Numbered from the stretch's first letter, positions 50,205 through 61,307 are shown. The stretch: DNA of 64,000 bases from an uncultured Planctomycetaceae bacterium (GCA_963815195.1 CAWFGE010000012.1:512001-576000); one strand, 5' to 3'. Numbers and translations are program-made. The notes: generated from the letters alone by a model not told the origin.

Positions 50205-51257
50205 TTATTCCGGCCCGGCGACTTTATCCGTCACGCGAAACTCGTTTTTATTGGCGATCAGCTTTTGGCCGGCGGTCACTTTCACGGACGGTTGCTCGGA
50301 GAGTTCCGGCTGCACATTGACCACGCCTTCGATGACTTCCAGCCGGCATTCTTCGCCGTCGACCGCGAGCACCAGGCGGGTTCCCAAAACCTTGGCCGAG
50401 AGGGCCAGGGTTTTGAAAATCATCGGGCGTCCGGGCGGCTGCTTTTGGACCTCGGCTTTCAGTTTCCCATCTTGAAGAACAACCTCCTTGGCCTGAAGCG
50501 CCGAAATCATCCCCGGCAAACGGGCGGCGTCCGGTTGGAGTTCGGCCCTTGTGTTTGGGTAAAATTCAATCTGTGTTTGATCTTTGTAGACGATGGTCAC
50601 GCGGGCGTTTTCGGGGACGCGAACTTCATCGCCCGGGAGAACCCGCATTCCGGGCGCCGCGACATAGCCTACGCCGTTGCGGTAGAGAAAGGCCGTGCCG
50701 GTGTTTTTTCCCACCGTGGCCACCTGGCGGGCAGCGGGCGTGAATTCCAGCCAGGCCAATCCGCCCGCGATCAAGAACAGCACCGCCATCACGCCAAAAA
50801 ACGTCCGCCAGGGATGCCCCGCCTCTTCGGTCGGCGGGGGAGCAGCCGGCGGCGGCGTGGCTTGCAGCTTCGTGCCGGCCGCGTGTGTTTCCGCCGCACT
50901 CTGGTGCGAACCGTTGGCGGGAACCCGCGAGGATTCTCCATTCGTGTGCGGCTCGGTCCCGGAAAGCCGGTAGGTTTCGATGGGGTTCTCGTTGGAAGCC
51001 GACGGATCGCCGGCGGCGTTCGGCATCTCTTTCTGCAATCGCGCTTGGAACCGGGCGATGAACTCCTGCCGACCCGCGGCAAACTGCTGAGCGAGCAGAT
51101 CATCCATGATGAGGTGGTCCTTCAATCGCTCGGCCAGTTGCGGCTGGGTGCGCAGGGCGTTCAATAGCTCCTGAAACTCGGCGTCGGAAAGCCCTTCGCG
51201 GTCTTCCAAGAACCGATGCAAAAGAGCATCGAAATCCAAATTCGGCGGATCGCTCAT
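50205..51257 (-). CDS. FecR-domain anti-sigma factor
   Basis: TM plus VQKQPPGRPMIF..AKVLGTRL..LEVIEGVV; downstream of an ECF sigma. Confidence 0.85.
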   Translation of the reverse strand: MSDPPNLDFDALLHRFLEDREGLSDAEFQELLNALRTQPQLAERLKDHLIMDDLLAQQFAAGRQEFIARFQARLQKEMPNAAGDPSASNENPIETYRLSGTEPHTNGESSRVPANGSHQSAAETHAAGTKLQATPPPAAPPPTEEAGHPWRTFFGVMAVLFLIAGGLAWLEFTPAARQVATVGKNTGTAFLYRNGVGYVAAPGMRVLPGDEVRVPENARVTIVYKDQTQIEFYPNTRAELQPDAARLPGMISALQAKEVVLQDGKLKAEVQKQPPGRPMIFKTLALSAKVLGTRLVLAVDGEECRLEVIEGVVNVQPELSEQPSVKVTAGQKLIANKNEFRVTDKVAGPE

Positions 51258-51356
51258 GGTGGTCCGTTGTTAGCCCCGAGTATTGATTAGCCCGAGGGCG
51301 CCAGCCCCGGTTTCGTCTTTCGCCGACACGGCATGCGCAGGCTCGCTTCGTCCAAG

Positions 51357-51884
51357 TTACATCGCTTTGCCCAGTTTTTGGAGAACGCAATCCCTGAGAC
51401 CCGCGCGGATGCGGTGCAGAGCCACACGCACGGCTTCGGCGGTGGATTGGGTTTTCTCCGCAATGGCGTCGGAGGCCATGTCCTGGACGTACCGCAGCTC
51501 CAGCATGTCCCGGCGTTGGGCGGGGAGTTTGGTCAAGCAATCCGCAACCGCGGTTTCCAGGGCGTCGGGACTTGCCGCGCGATCGAAATTCGTCGAGGTG
51601 TTGGCGAGAATCTCCGCGAGGGTGTGGCGATGCAGCCGGCCGCGGCGGGCCGCCTTTCGCAAATGATTGAGACACACTTTTTTCGCCATCCCGATCACCC
51701 AAACGTCGGCCGAAACCTCTGCGGGGATGTTCTCGATGTCGCGATACAACTGCAGGAAGGTTTCTTGAGCCAAATCGTCCACCTCGGCCGGGGCGATTCC
51801 CAAGCCGGCGATCAAGGCTCGCACCCGGGCCTGTGTTTGCCCCAGAATCTCATCGAAGTTCCGGGTGCCTGGCGATCGCGTCAT
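51357..51884 (-). CDS. ECF sigma factor
   Basis: VDDLAQETFL..CLTKLP..AVRVALHRIR. Confidence 0.9.
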   Translation of the reverse strand: MTRSPGTRNFDEILGQTQARVRALIAGLGIAPAEVDDLAQETFLQLYRDIENIPAEVSADVWVIGMAKKVCLNHLRKAARRGRLHRHTLAEILANTSTNFDRAASPDALETAVADCLTKLPAQRRDMLELRYVQDMASDAIAEKTQSTAEAVRVALHRIRAGLRDCVLQKLGKAM

Positions 51885-52152
51885 GGTGCAAGCATCCTCA
51901 AGAGGTAATGGTCGCCGAGGGCCGATCATGTTACTACGAATGCTGGGGCTGTGGCCGGGCGAGAAAAATCTCACACGGCCCCAGGCCTCACATCTGCTTT
52001 TTCCTTGGAACATTCCTTTGCGCCCCAGCCACCGTGCACTTTCGACTTACAGTTTACAGTTTGAGATTTTAGTCGCTGGAACGGCGCGGGGCGATCCACT
52101 ACGCTGAAATGTGGGGAACCTTCGCGGCATTTTTTGGATGTTCTGGGATCGC

Positions 52153-54198
52153 ATGAAACATTGGGGTGCGGGGATCGCCTGGTTGACGTTCGGGCTGGCG
52201 CTGTCGGGCCTGTTTTACAGCGGCTTTTGGCGCGGCGAGGGATTGATCGGCGGCGATCTTTATCCCTATTTCCTCCCGCAGAAAGTCTACTACGCCGAGC
52301 GGCTGGCGGCGGGCGAGTTTCCGCTGTGGAACAACGAGGCCGGCCACGGCTACCCCTTGGTCGCGGAAAGCCAGACCGGGGCGTTTTATCCGCCCAACGT
52401 TGTGGCCTACCAGCTTTGGGACGTGACCACCGCTTACAACATCGTCCAGATCCTCCACTTTGCCCTCGCCTTCGCCTTCACCGTCGCCCTCGCGCGGGCG
52501 CTGGGTTTCTCCGCAGCGGCGTCCACCTTGGCGGGGCTGGTGTATGTTTACGGTTGGTTTCCCGCGCGGATCACCCTCGAATGGGCCATCCTCACGGGAG
52601 CCTGGCTGCCGGCCGCAATCTGGTGCGTGGAAAAACTCATCACGAAGGGGCGCTGGCGGTACGCGGGCGGATTGGCGATCGTGCTCGCGATGCAAATGCT
52701 CGCCGGGCATTTTCATTTGGCCTTCATCACGCAAGTCCTCGTCGCGTGCTACGCCTTGGGACGGGTTTTGATCATGTCGTCCCCACCCAAGCCGACGGCT
52801 CCGCCGTCGGAACCGACACCCAAGCCGACGGCTTGGATTCGTTGGAAACGATTCGGTTTGGTTTTGATCGCCGCGGGATTGGGCTTCGGACTCGCGGCGG
52901 TGCAGCTCGCTCCCACCTGGGAACTCAAGACCTTGAGCCAGCGAAGCGCGGTGGGGACCTATTACGATCCCGCTTACGGACGCATCCCGGTTTGGTACTT
53001 GACCCAGATCGTCGCTCCGTTTGTGTGGTACGGAACCGGAGCCGACTTGAACGCCGGCCGATCGCCCGGCACCCCCGGCACCAACGCGGTCGAAGCCCAT
53101 CTGTATTTCGGATTGGTGCCCGTGCTGTTGCTGTTGTATGGTCTCGGCGCGGGCGTCTTTTGGCGGGACCGCAGGTGGTGGTTGTGGGGGCTGTTGGGAG
53201 TTTTGGCGCTGATCTATGCCACCGGCGTGTTGGCCCCGCTGACGAAATCCCTGCCGGGCTTTCACTATTTCCGAGGCGTGGGGCGATGGGGGATTGTCAC
53301 GACCTTGGCCGCGGCGATCTTGAGTGGGGCGGCTTTCGACGGCCTGCTCTCTCATCGACGGTCCCGCATCATCGCCTGGGGATTGGCCGCGGTCGTTTTA
53401 AGTTTGACGCTGACCGATTTGCGGATCGTGAGCGGCTTCGTGGGCGATGGGTTCTTCGTGGAAAACCCGCCGGTGGGCCGCCTTGACGAAAGCCCCGTCG
53501 GCAAACGGCTCAAGGAATATCGAGAGCCCGTGCGGTTGTTCTGCCGGGGTCCGAACTTGGCGACGTTGTTGGGGGTTTCGTCCACGCCGGAATACTTGGG
53601 CATCGGTCCGGATCAGTATTTCGATCCGAAAACCAAAATTCCGGAACCGAAGCCTTTCGACCAACCGCCCACGCCCGCGCAATGGGATTGGCTCCGACGG
53701 GCGGGCGTGACGCACGTCTTGAGCTTCAAGCCGCTCGATTGGCCTGCGCAGACGGTGGAGCCGGTGTGGTCCGGCGACGACCCGGTTCTCCGCCAGGCTT
53801 GGGGGCGTCTTCCGAACGAATGGTTTTATCTCTATCGACTCAAAAAAAGCCGCGGCCGCGCCGCCTGGCAGGATCCCCGGCAACACCAAGCCGGTCCCGA
53901 AGTCCGCGAACTCGCCGCGAACCGCGTGGTGATTCACGCCGCGTCCGATCGGGCGGGCACGCTGATCCTCACGTCGCTGATGTACCCTGGCTGGCAGGTC
54001 GCGGTCGATGACCGGCCCGCCGAGCCGGTCACGATCGAAGGCATGTACCGCGGCGTGAAACTCCCGCCGGGCGATCACACCGTCACCTGGACCTACCGTC
54101 CGGAGTCTCTCCGCTGGGGGATGTGGATCAGCGGAGCCTCCACCCTGCTGCTCGCCGGCTTTGCGGTTTTCGGTCGGCGAGAGCCGCGCACGAAGTAA
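52153..54198 (+). CDS. YfhO-family membrane protein (GT-C-like)
   Basis: GEFPLWN..GYP..FYPPN; YPGWQVAVD..PGDHTVTWTYRP. Confidence 0.8.
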   Translation: MKHWGAGIAWLTFGLALSGLFYSGFWRGEGLIGGDLYPYFLPQKVYYAERLAAGEFPLWNNEAGHGYPLVAESQTGAFYPPNVVAYQLWDVTTAYNIVQILHFALAFAFTVALARALGFSAAASTLAGLVYVYGWFPARITLEWAILTGAWLPAAIWCVEKLITKGRWRYAGGLAIVLAMQMLAGHFHLAFITQVLVACYALGRVLIMSSPPKPTAPPSEPTPKPTAWIRWKRFGLVLIAAGLGFGLAAVQLAPTWELKTLSQRSAVGTYYDPAYGRIPVWYLTQIVAPFVWYGTGADLNAGRSPGTPGTNAVEAHLYFGLVPVLLLLYGLGAGVFWRDRRWWLWGLLGVLALIYATGVLAPLTKSLPGFHYFRGVGRWGIVTTLAAAILSGAAFDGLLSHRRSRIIAWGLAAVVLSLTLTDLRIVSGFVGDGFFVENPPVGRLDESPVGKRLKEYREPVRLFCRGPNLATLLGVSSTPEYLGIGPDQYFDPKTKIPEPKPFDQPPTPAQWDWLRRAGVTHVLSFKPLDWPAQTVEPVWSGDDPVLRQAWGRLPNEWFYLYRLKKSRGRAAWQDPRQHQAGPEVRELAANRVVIHAASDRAGTLILTSLMYPGWQVAVDDRPAEPVTIEGMYRGVKLPPGDHTVTWTYRPESLRWGMWISGASTLLLAGFAVFGRREPRTK

Positions 54199-54372
54199 GC
54201 GGTCTTGCAAAAAAGGCGATTGCAAAAAAGGCGAGAGCCGCGCACGAAGTAAGCGGTCTTGCGATCTCCTTTTTCAAAAAACCGCTTACTTCGTGCGCGG
54301 CTCTAACGAAACGATCGGCAGCTCTCTTTTTTCAAAAAACCGCTTACTTCGTGCGCGGCTCTAACGAAACGA
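54176..54372. repeat. REP-like cluster: two direct and two inverted copies
   Basis: GAGCCGCGCACGAAGTAAGCGGT at 54181 and 54235; reverse complements at 54281 and 54339. Confidence 0.85.
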
Positions 54373-54382
54373 CCATCAGCGG

Positions 54383-55036
54383 TTATCTTTCGAGGCGTTC
54401 GCGGACGATGCGTTCCAGGCGGTCGACGACGTCCTCGAGTTCCAGCGAAGTGGTGTCGATGACCTGGGCGTCCGGGGCGGGCTTCAGCGGGCCGACTTTC
54501 CGCGAGGCGTCGCGCTCGTCGCGTTCGCGGATCTGCTCGAGCACTTCGTTGAAATCCGCGGGGTGGCCGTCGTCTTGCAGATCGCGCACTCGCCGGCGGG
54601 CGCGCTCTTTGGGGTCGGCGGTGACGAAGAATTTGCACTCGGCCGCGGGAAACACCACGCTGCCCTGGTCGCGGCCTTCCGTGACCATGTCCTTGCCGCG
54701 GGCCAGTTGCCGTTGGAGGTCGGCGAGCGCCTCCCGCACCGAGGCCAGAACCGCCACCCGCGAGGCGGCGGCTGTGACTTCCGGCGTCCGTAAGCGGCCC
54801 GTGACATCCTCTCCGTTCATGAGCAATCGGCCGTGGGCAAACGCCATGCGCAGCGAATGAGCCAACGCACCGATCGCGGCTTCATCATTCCAGGATACGT
54901 TCGCGTCCAAACAGGCGAGCGCCACCGCGCGATACATCGCCCCGGTGTCGAGGAAGGCAAATCCGAGCCGCTCGGCCAACCGCCGGGCCACGCTGCTTTT
55001 TCCCGAACCGGCCGGCCCATCGATAGTGACTATCAT
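54383..55036 (-). CDS. cmk: cytidylate kinase
   Basis: TIDGPAGSGKS, LDTGAMYR, EGRDQGSVVFP. Confidence 0.96.
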   Translation of the reverse strand: MIVTIDGPAGSGKSSVARRLAERLGFAFLDTGAMYRAVALACLDANVSWNDEAAIGALAHSLRMAFAHGRLLMNGEDVTGRLRTPEVTAAASRVAVLASVREALADLQRQLARGKDMVTEGRDQGSVVFPAAECKFFVTADPKERARRRVRDLQDDGHPADFNEVLEQIRERDERDASRKVGPLKPAPDAQVIDTTSLELEDVVDRLERIVRERLER

Positions 55037-55139
55037 CAGATCCCGCGTCGTGACAAGCAAACAAAACCCCGCAAGACTCTACGGAGGATTGTAACGGCCG
55101 GAAGCCCGATTGACAGCCAAGCGGAGTGTGTGTTTCCAA

Positions 55140-55430
55140 CCGGATTCACATCGAAGCGGATTGGGTGGCACGAGGTGGAAGGGCACGTCCCTGAGCCGAG
55201 CGAAGGGCGTGGCAAAGCGCAACGACCACGCCCTTCGTTCCTCAGGGACGTGCCACCCAAATCGTGCCTGTTTTCTGAAACACACATACCTTTCAGCCGG
55301 ATTCACATCGACGCGTTGCGAAGCGGAGCTTCGCGAGAGTGTGTTCCCAAGCAGAGTTTGGGAACGCGGGGAGGAATTCATCACAGAATCATGGTTCACA
55401 AAATCATATTCTGTGAACCATGATTCTGTT
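55140..55430. repeat. intergenic REP-like inverted repeats and palindrome
   Basis: GGCACGTCCCTGAG..CGAAGGGCGTGG / CCACGCCCTTCG..CTCAGGGACGTGCC; ACAGAATCATGGTTCACA / TGTGAACCATGATTCTGT. Confidence 0.7.
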
Positions 55431-55570
55431 GGATCGCCTCCGCCCGAATCGCGGAGAGAGGGGTTGACAGGCAAGGCGAATTCGGGGGATAACAAATGGC
55501 GGCTTGTGCCGACTCTTCTTGACCTATTTCTTCGATTGCTTCTTTAGTTTTTCATCGAGCGAGTGGGACG

Positions 55571-58500
55571 ATGCCGATTCGGGTGGAATGCGATGTTTGT
55601 GGGGCGAAATACCGCGTGGATGACCGCCGGGCGGGGACGGAGATTCCCTGCAAGAACTGCGATGCCGACATCTGGGTGCCCGAACCCCGGCGGCGCGGTC
55701 CGGAGCGGGGCGGCCGGCGCGGACGGCCGGCGGCCTATGAGTTGGATGATGACGATTTCGATGACGACGATTTCGACGACGAGGAAAGCGGCGGTCTCAC
55801 CCCGCTCCTGTTCATCGGCGGTTTGATCGGCTGCGGGTTATTGCTGGCGGGGCTGATCTTCTTCGTGATGCGCGCCGTGAAAGACGATGGGCCTCCTCCG
55901 CCCGATCAGGTCGCGGACAATAACGCAGATAACAAACCCGCTGCCCCGGCGCGTCCCCCGGCCAACCGCCCGCGGCCGAATCAGTTTGCCCCCCGGCCGA
56001 ATATTCGCAATCAGAATATCCGGCCAGCGAATCCCGCCCAGCCGGTTGTCGATCCCAACCCGGATCCCAACCCGAACCCCGTTCCGCAGCCTCGGCCCCG
56101 GCCGCAGAATCCGGTCGTCAATAATCGGCCGAACGAAAACCCTCCGCCGCCGAGGGGATTTCTGCCGCCGGACGAAAACCAGGCCGGTCTGCCGCCGGAT
56201 TTGGGAGGCGAATGGAAGGTGGCGTTCGATGCGGTTCCGGAGGCGATCGCGTTCGAAGACGGCCGCAAGCTGCGGATGTCGCTGCCCGCGGGGGCCGACG
56301 TGGAGGATGTGCTTTGGCCCACGTCGCCTAGTTTTTTCGTGGCCTTGGGGCGGAACGCGCGGGAGAACGAAGTCCGCGAGGTGTACGACATTCGGACCCG
56401 GCAGAAAATCGGCCGCATCGGCGGCTTCAAAGGCTTGGGGGGCACGTCGGTGCTCAGCCCCGACGGCAAGTTCTTTGCCCTCTCCAACAACGATTCCAAC
56501 GGCATTTATGTTTGGGACGTGGCGGAAAGCAAGCCCAAGGGCACGCTGCCGCTCGCGAGCAACAGCCCCGCGAGCGTGCTCAACTTTGCCGGTCCGAACC
56601 GCCTCGCCGCGGCCGCGGGATCGAAGTCGCCTTTACAGATCTGGAGCCTGCCCGACGGCACGCCGCAGCGCACGATCCCGCTGCCGGACAATTACGTCGC
56701 GGAGTCCGTTGCCTTCAGCCACGGCGGAAAATACGCGGCCGTTTACAGCAAGGATTCCGACAATCCCGCGATTCATATCATGGATCTCGACAGCGGGGAG
56801 ACCGCGGGCGTCATGAGCGTGCCGAAGAAGGGCCGGTTTTGGGCGGCCGACTGCCGCGCGCTGATGTTCTCGCCCGACGGCGAAGAAATCGCGGGCCTCT
56901 TCGAGGAATCGTCCGAAGGCGAGCTTTTGTATGTCTTCAGCCTGCGGGACGGGCAGTTAAATTTTGAATATAAGTTCGAGGACCGGCTGCGGTTCACGTG
57001 GGGCCGGGCCTCCAACACACCCATCCAATGGTTCCCGCACAGACAGCGGTTGCTGATCTATGGGAATCTCATCATCGACCGCGGCGTGGGCAAAGTCGTT
57101 TGGCAGTTCGCCAAAGATCGGCAGGGCATCGATTTCGCGGCGGGCCGGCGGGTTTTAAACAACGACCAGATGATGGCCGTGCTCAATCGCAACAACAAGC
57201 TCTCGCTCGAAAGCTTTTCCGTCGAGGAAGACAAGATCGCGAAGGTCGCGGACGCCGTGGGATCCGGCGGGCAACTCGTGGATGCCAAGCTCCCGCCGCT
57301 CACCGCGATCGATCGTTCGGGGGTGCGGGAACTCGCGCTCGATGCGGGCGTCGGCAACTGGAACGCCAAACCGGACCCCGCCCCTGCCGGCGAATCGGCG
57401 CTCAAAGACAGCGTTTCCGTCACGGCGACCGGCGGGCGGATGACGGGCCTGCTGTTGTCCAATCCCGAGGCCGGCCTCGCGGCCGTGTATTCGCAGCTGC
57501 AAGGTCCCGGCATTCCCCGGCCGCGCGGTTCCACGTCCAAAAACGTCTTCGCCCATATCGACGTTTACAACCTCCGCACAAGCCGGCGGACCGACCAGAT
57601 GGATTTTGAGTTCCCCACCCAAATGGCCGCGTTCAGTCCCAAAGGAACCCGTCTGGCGAGCGTTCTTCATCCCGACCAGGAACGCGTCGATCTCTGGTCC
57701 GCCGCGGACGGGAAGCACGTCCTGGCACTCCGGCCGTATAACGAGGAGGACAAAGGCAAGCGGAAAATCACCGCCGCCACCTTCGTCGATGATGAGCATC
57801 TTTTAACATTGAACAACGAGAAGAAACTCGTGCTCTGGAAACTGCCCGAATGCAAGGCGATCTATGAAATCCCCGAAGCGACCCAGCCGGGCTTAAGTCC
57901 CAACCAGCAGTACCTGGCCGTCAGCACGGGCCGCGGCTATTTGCTGTTGGACTCCCGCACCGGAGACCAGGTGGGCAGCTTCAATATCGAAGGCGTAATG
58001 CACGCGGCGGCGTTTCATCCCGACGGCACCCGCTTCGCCGCGTCCTGCCAGGGTCTGCGCGGGCCGAGCCTTGTCGTGTGGAGCATGGAAGATGGCTCGG
58101 TGCTGACGGAGTTTCCCATTCAAAGCGTCGCCAACCAACTGCACTTCTGCGACAAGAACCATCTCCTCATGAACGACGACACGCTCGTCGATGCCGAGCA
58201 CCGGATGATCGTGTGGAAATATCGGCTCGCCACCGGAGCCCATTCGCCGCAAAGCCCCGACGGCCGGCATTGGTACGTTACGCCGCGGGGCGTCAGCGGG
58301 GCGGAACTGGTCGCGGCGACGCTTCCGGAACCGCAAGTCGCCCAATCACTCGCGAGCCGGAGTTTGAAGCCGGAATACCTCTTGGAGCCCGGCGGCAACC
58401 TGTCGGTGCAGATCAACATTCCCGAATCCGGACCCGGCCAGGAAAACCTCCGCCAGCGGGCTTTGAAGAACCTCATCGACAAGTACCAGATCCACGGCAC

Positions 58501-58915
58501 GTCGGTGGGCGGCGGATCGGCGCTGGTGCTGCAAATGGATTGGCAGGAACGCGACACCGGCAAGACGGAAGAATTGACCGTCCGCCGCCGAGGCCGACTA
58601 CCAACCTTCGGCGGAGGCGAGTCGTTCACGTCGAACATCAAGGAAATCGATTGCAAAATCACGTTTCTGTATAAGAAAGAAGTCGTCCATGTCCAATCGA
58701 CCAAGGCCTCGAGCGCCCTGGGATTTTTTTCGCAAGCGCTTCCCGACGGCAAATCGCCCGAGGAGGTGCTGAACGAAAAAATGTGGGGCGGGGCCGCGGC
58801 GTTCTTCACGCTCTATTCACCGCCCGTTTACGTGTTCCGCGATTTTGAAGGCAAAGGCTTCGGCGGTTCCATCCTCACCGACCGCGGCCCGCAACCGCTG
58901 GGCATCGGCAGGTAA
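55571..58915 (+). CDS. large membrane-anchored protein: Zn-ribbon, TM, Pro-rich linker, WD40-like propellers
   Basis: CDVC..CKNC; repeated (F/L)SPDG..W motifs. Confidence 0.8.
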   Translation: MPIRVECDVCGAKYRVDDRRAGTEIPCKNCDADIWVPEPRRRGPERGGRRGRPAAYELDDDDFDDDDFDDEESGGLTPLLFIGGLIGCGLLLAGLIFFVMRAVKDDGPPPPDQVADNNADNKPAAPARPPANRPRPNQFAPRPNIRNQNIRPANPAQPVVDPNPDPNPNPVPQPRPRPQNPVVNNRPNENPPPPRGFLPPDENQAGLPPDLGGEWKVAFDAVPEAIAFEDGRKLRMSLPAGADVEDVLWPTSPSFFVALGRNARENEVREVYDIRTRQKIGRIGGFKGLGGTSVLSPDGKFFALSNNDSNGIYVWDVAESKPKGTLPLASNSPASVLNFAGPNRLAAAAGSKSPLQIWSLPDGTPQRTIPLPDNYVAESVAFSHGGKYAAVYSKDSDNPAIHIMDLDSGETAGVMSVPKKGRFWAADCRALMFSPDGEEIAGLFEESSEGELLYVFSLRDGQLNFEYKFEDRLRFTWGRASNTPIQWFPHRQRLLIYGNLIIDRGVGKVVWQFAKDRQGIDFAAGRRVLNNDQMMAVLNRNNKLSLESFSVEEDKIAKVADAVGSGGQLVDAKLPPLTAIDRSGVRELALDAGVGNWNAKPDPAPAGESALKDSVSVTATGGRMTGLLLSNPEAGLAAVYSQLQGPGIPRPRGSTSKNVFAHIDVYNLRTSRRTDQMDFEFPTQMAAFSPKGTRLASVLHPDQERVDLWSAADGKHVLALRPYNEEDKGKRKITAATFVDDEHLLTLNNEKKLVLWKLPECKAIYEIPEATQPGLSPNQQYLAVSTGRGYLLLDSRTGDQVGSFNIEGVMHAAAFHPDGTRFAASCQGLRGPSLVVWSMEDGSVLTEFPIQSVANQLHFCDKNHLLMNDDTLVDAEHRMIVWKYRLATGAHSPQSPDGRHWYVTPRGVSGAELVAATLPEPQVAQSLASRSLKPEYLLEPGGNLSVQINIPESGPGQENLRQRALKNLIDKYQIHGTSVGGGSALVLQMDWQERDTGKTEELTVRRRGRLPTFGGGESFTSNIKEIDCKITFLYKKEVVHVQSTKASSALGFFSQALPDGKSPEEVLNEKMWGGAAAFFTLYSPPVYVFRDFEGKGFGGSILTDRGPQPLGIGR

Positions 58916-58935
58916 TCGACCGAAAAGGATCTCCC

Positions 58936-59892
58936 ATGTTCTTCCCCCGCTGGTGTTGTCTTTCAGTTCTTCTTCTGTGTTTCTTCGGATCGATCACGAG
59001 CCGCAGTTCGGCCGACGCAAGCGAAAACGCCGCCGTGGCGGAACCCGCCCCGCAGCGCGCCCGCTACAGCGTCACGAAGCCGCCCGCTGCCCTCGGCTTG
59101 CCGGACTATTATGAGAAGTACGTGGATGCGAGCGGGTATCCCGTGATTTCGTCCGGCAAGGTGAATGACTTTGCCCTCAAGGAGGCGGCCTATCTCGTCG
59201 ATTTGATGCTCGCGAAGCGGCCCGATGTCCGCCAGGCGATGGTCGAGAGCGGGTCCCGGCTGATCGTGATCGCCCACACCGAGTACACGACGGACATTCC
59301 CGAGTACGCCCGCCTCAAACCCAAAGATTACTGGGACGCGCGGGCGCGGGGCTTGGGAGGGTCTCGCACCGATCCCGTCTGCTCGTGCGCCGAAGAAAAC
59401 ATGCTCGCCTACCCGGGCGATCCGTACCGTGCGGAAAACATTCTGATTCACGAGTTCGCCCACAACATCCATCTCCGCGGCATGGTCCGCGTGGACCAGA
59501 CCTTCGACCGCCGGCTGAAGAAAGCCTACGACTCGGCGATGGCCCAGGGATTGTGGGCGGGCGTGTATGCTTCGACCAATCATCACGAATACTTCGCCGA
59601 GGGCGTGCAGTCGTGGTTCAACAACAATCGGCCGCCGGACCACGATCACAACCATGTCGACACCCGCAAGGAACTCCGCGAATACGATCCGGGACTGGCC
59701 GATCTTTGCGAAGAGGTCTTCGGAGACACCAAGTTGGTTTATACGAAACCCGCGACCCGGCTGACGGGCCATCTGGCCGGTTACGATCCGAAAACCGCCC
59801 CGAAATTCAACTGGCCGGAACGGTTGCAGAAACAACGCGACGAAATCCGCAAAAAAGCCCAGGCCCGCCGCGCCAAGGCGACCGGCCAATGA
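58936..59892 (+). CDS. secreted zincin-like metalloprotein
   Basis: ILIHEFAH..HEYFAEGVQSWF. Confidence 0.75.
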   Translation: MFFPRWCCLSVLLLCFFGSITSRSSADASENAAVAEPAPQRARYSVTKPPAALGLPDYYEKYVDASGYPVISSGKVNDFALKEAAYLVDLMLAKRPDVRQAMVESGSRLIVIAHTEYTTDIPEYARLKPKDYWDARARGLGGSRTDPVCSCAEENMLAYPGDPYRAENILIHEFAHNIHLRGMVRVDQTFDRRLKKAYDSAMAQGLWAGVYASTNHHEYFAEGVQSWFNNNRPPDHDHNHVDTRKELREYDPGLADLCEEVFGDTKLVYTKPATRLTGHLAGYDPKTAPKFNWPERLQKQRDEIRKKAQARRAKATGQ

Positions 59893-61082
59893 TTCTCCAC
59901 GTCGATATGGATGCGTTTTATGCTTCGGTCGAAGAGCGGGAGAATCCCCGACTCGTCGGAAAGCCGTTGATCGTCGGCGGCACGCCCGCAGGACGCGGCG
60001 TCGTCGCGGCGGCCAACTATGTCGTGCGGACGTTTGGCGTCCACAGCGCCATGCCCACCCGGACGGCGCTCCGGCTTTGCCCGGAGGCGATCGTGCTCCC
60101 GCCGCGGATGGAGTATTACGCCGAGACTTCCCGGCAGATTCGCGACGTGCTCTTCCGGTATACGCCTTTCGTCGAACCGCTCTCCTTGGACGAGGCCTTC
60201 CTCGATGTGACGGCGAGCGCAAAGCTGTTCGGCTCGGGGGCCGAAATCGCCAGGCAAATCAAGCAGGATATTCTCCGGGAAACCCGCCTGGTGGCGTCCG
60301 TGGGCGTGGCTCCCAACAAGTTCCTGGCGAAGATCGCCAGCGACCTGCAAAAACCCGACGGCCTGGTTGTCGTGGAACCGGACCGGATCGCCGAGTTTCT
60401 CGACCCCTTGCCCGTGGGCCGATTGTGGGGCGTCGGCAAAGTGACCGGCAGCGTGTTCGACCGCTGGGGCATCACCACCATCGGCGAACTGCGGCGGCTC
60501 GATCCAAAGATCCTGCACCAACAGTTCGGCCAGCAGGGAGAGCATTTCGCCAAACTGGCGCGGGGACTCGATGACCGCTCGGTCGTTCCCGATCGCGAAG
60601 CCAAGTCGATTTCCCACGAGACGACATTTGCCGCGGACATCTCCAACCGCGAGGCCCTCCGAGCGTGGTTATTGGAGCTGACGGAACACGTAGCCCGGCG
60701 GATGCGGCAGCAACAGCGGCGCGGCCGGACCGTGAACCTCAAGCTCCGCTTCGCCAACTTTCGCACGATCACGCGGGCTAAGACCTTGCCCCGCAGCACA
60801 AACGTGACGCAGGAAATTTGGCAAGCGGCGAGCGAATTGTTAATGCGCCACCTGCCCGAGTCGCATGCGGGCATCCGATTGTTGGGCGTCGGCGTCAGCA
60901 ACTTTTCGGCGGGCGAGGCTGTGCAGAAATCCCTGTTTGCGGAGGAAACGCATCAAAAACAGCAGCAACTCGACGAAGTGGCCGATGCAGTGCGGGCCAA
61001 GTTCGGGAACACCGCGCTCAACCGCGGCAGCGGTTTGCTCCACAACGCCCGGCACCGCCCCGAGCCCAAACCGAACGAATAA
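59889..61082 (+). CDS. dinB: DNA polymerase IV
   Basis: ILHVDMDAFYASVE, SLDEAFLD, NKFLAKIASD. Confidence 0.96.
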   Translation: MILHVDMDAFYASVEERENPRLVGKPLIVGGTPAGRGVVAAANYVVRTFGVHSAMPTRTALRLCPEAIVLPPRMEYYAETSRQIRDVLFRYTPFVEPLSLDEAFLDVTASAKLFGSGAEIARQIKQDILRETRLVASVGVAPNKFLAKIASDLQKPDGLVVVEPDRIAEFLDPLPVGRLWGVGKVTGSVFDRWGITTIGELRRLDPKILHQQFGQQGEHFAKLARGLDDRSVVPDREAKSISHETTFAADISNREALRAWLLELTEHVARRMRQQQRRGRTVNLKLRFANFRTITRAKTLPRSTNVTQEIWQAASELLMRHLPESHAGIRLLGVGVSNFSAGEAVQKSLFAEETHQKQQQLDEVADAVRAKFGNTALNRGSGLLHNARHRPEPKPNE

Positions 61083-61208
61083 AAAACTCCTGGAAAAGGC
61101 CGAGGAAACTTAAGAATTCGCCGAATCCTGAATCACCCCAGCGCATATATTGTTCTGTCGCCCAAAACCTGGCGAACCATTTCGCGGGTTGTGCGTCTAA
61201 CCCTTCAC

Positions 61209-61279
61209 ACGCCTCTAGTGTAATGGCAGCATGACTGGCTCCAACCCAGTTGGTCAGGGTTCAAATCCTTGGGGGCGTG
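61209..61279 (+). tRNA. tRNA-Trp(CCA)
   Basis: ACTGG-CTCCAAC-CCAGT; full cloverleaf. Confidence 0.9.
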
Positions 61280-61307
61280 CTGGCGAACGAACCTTCGCTC
61301 GCCAAAT

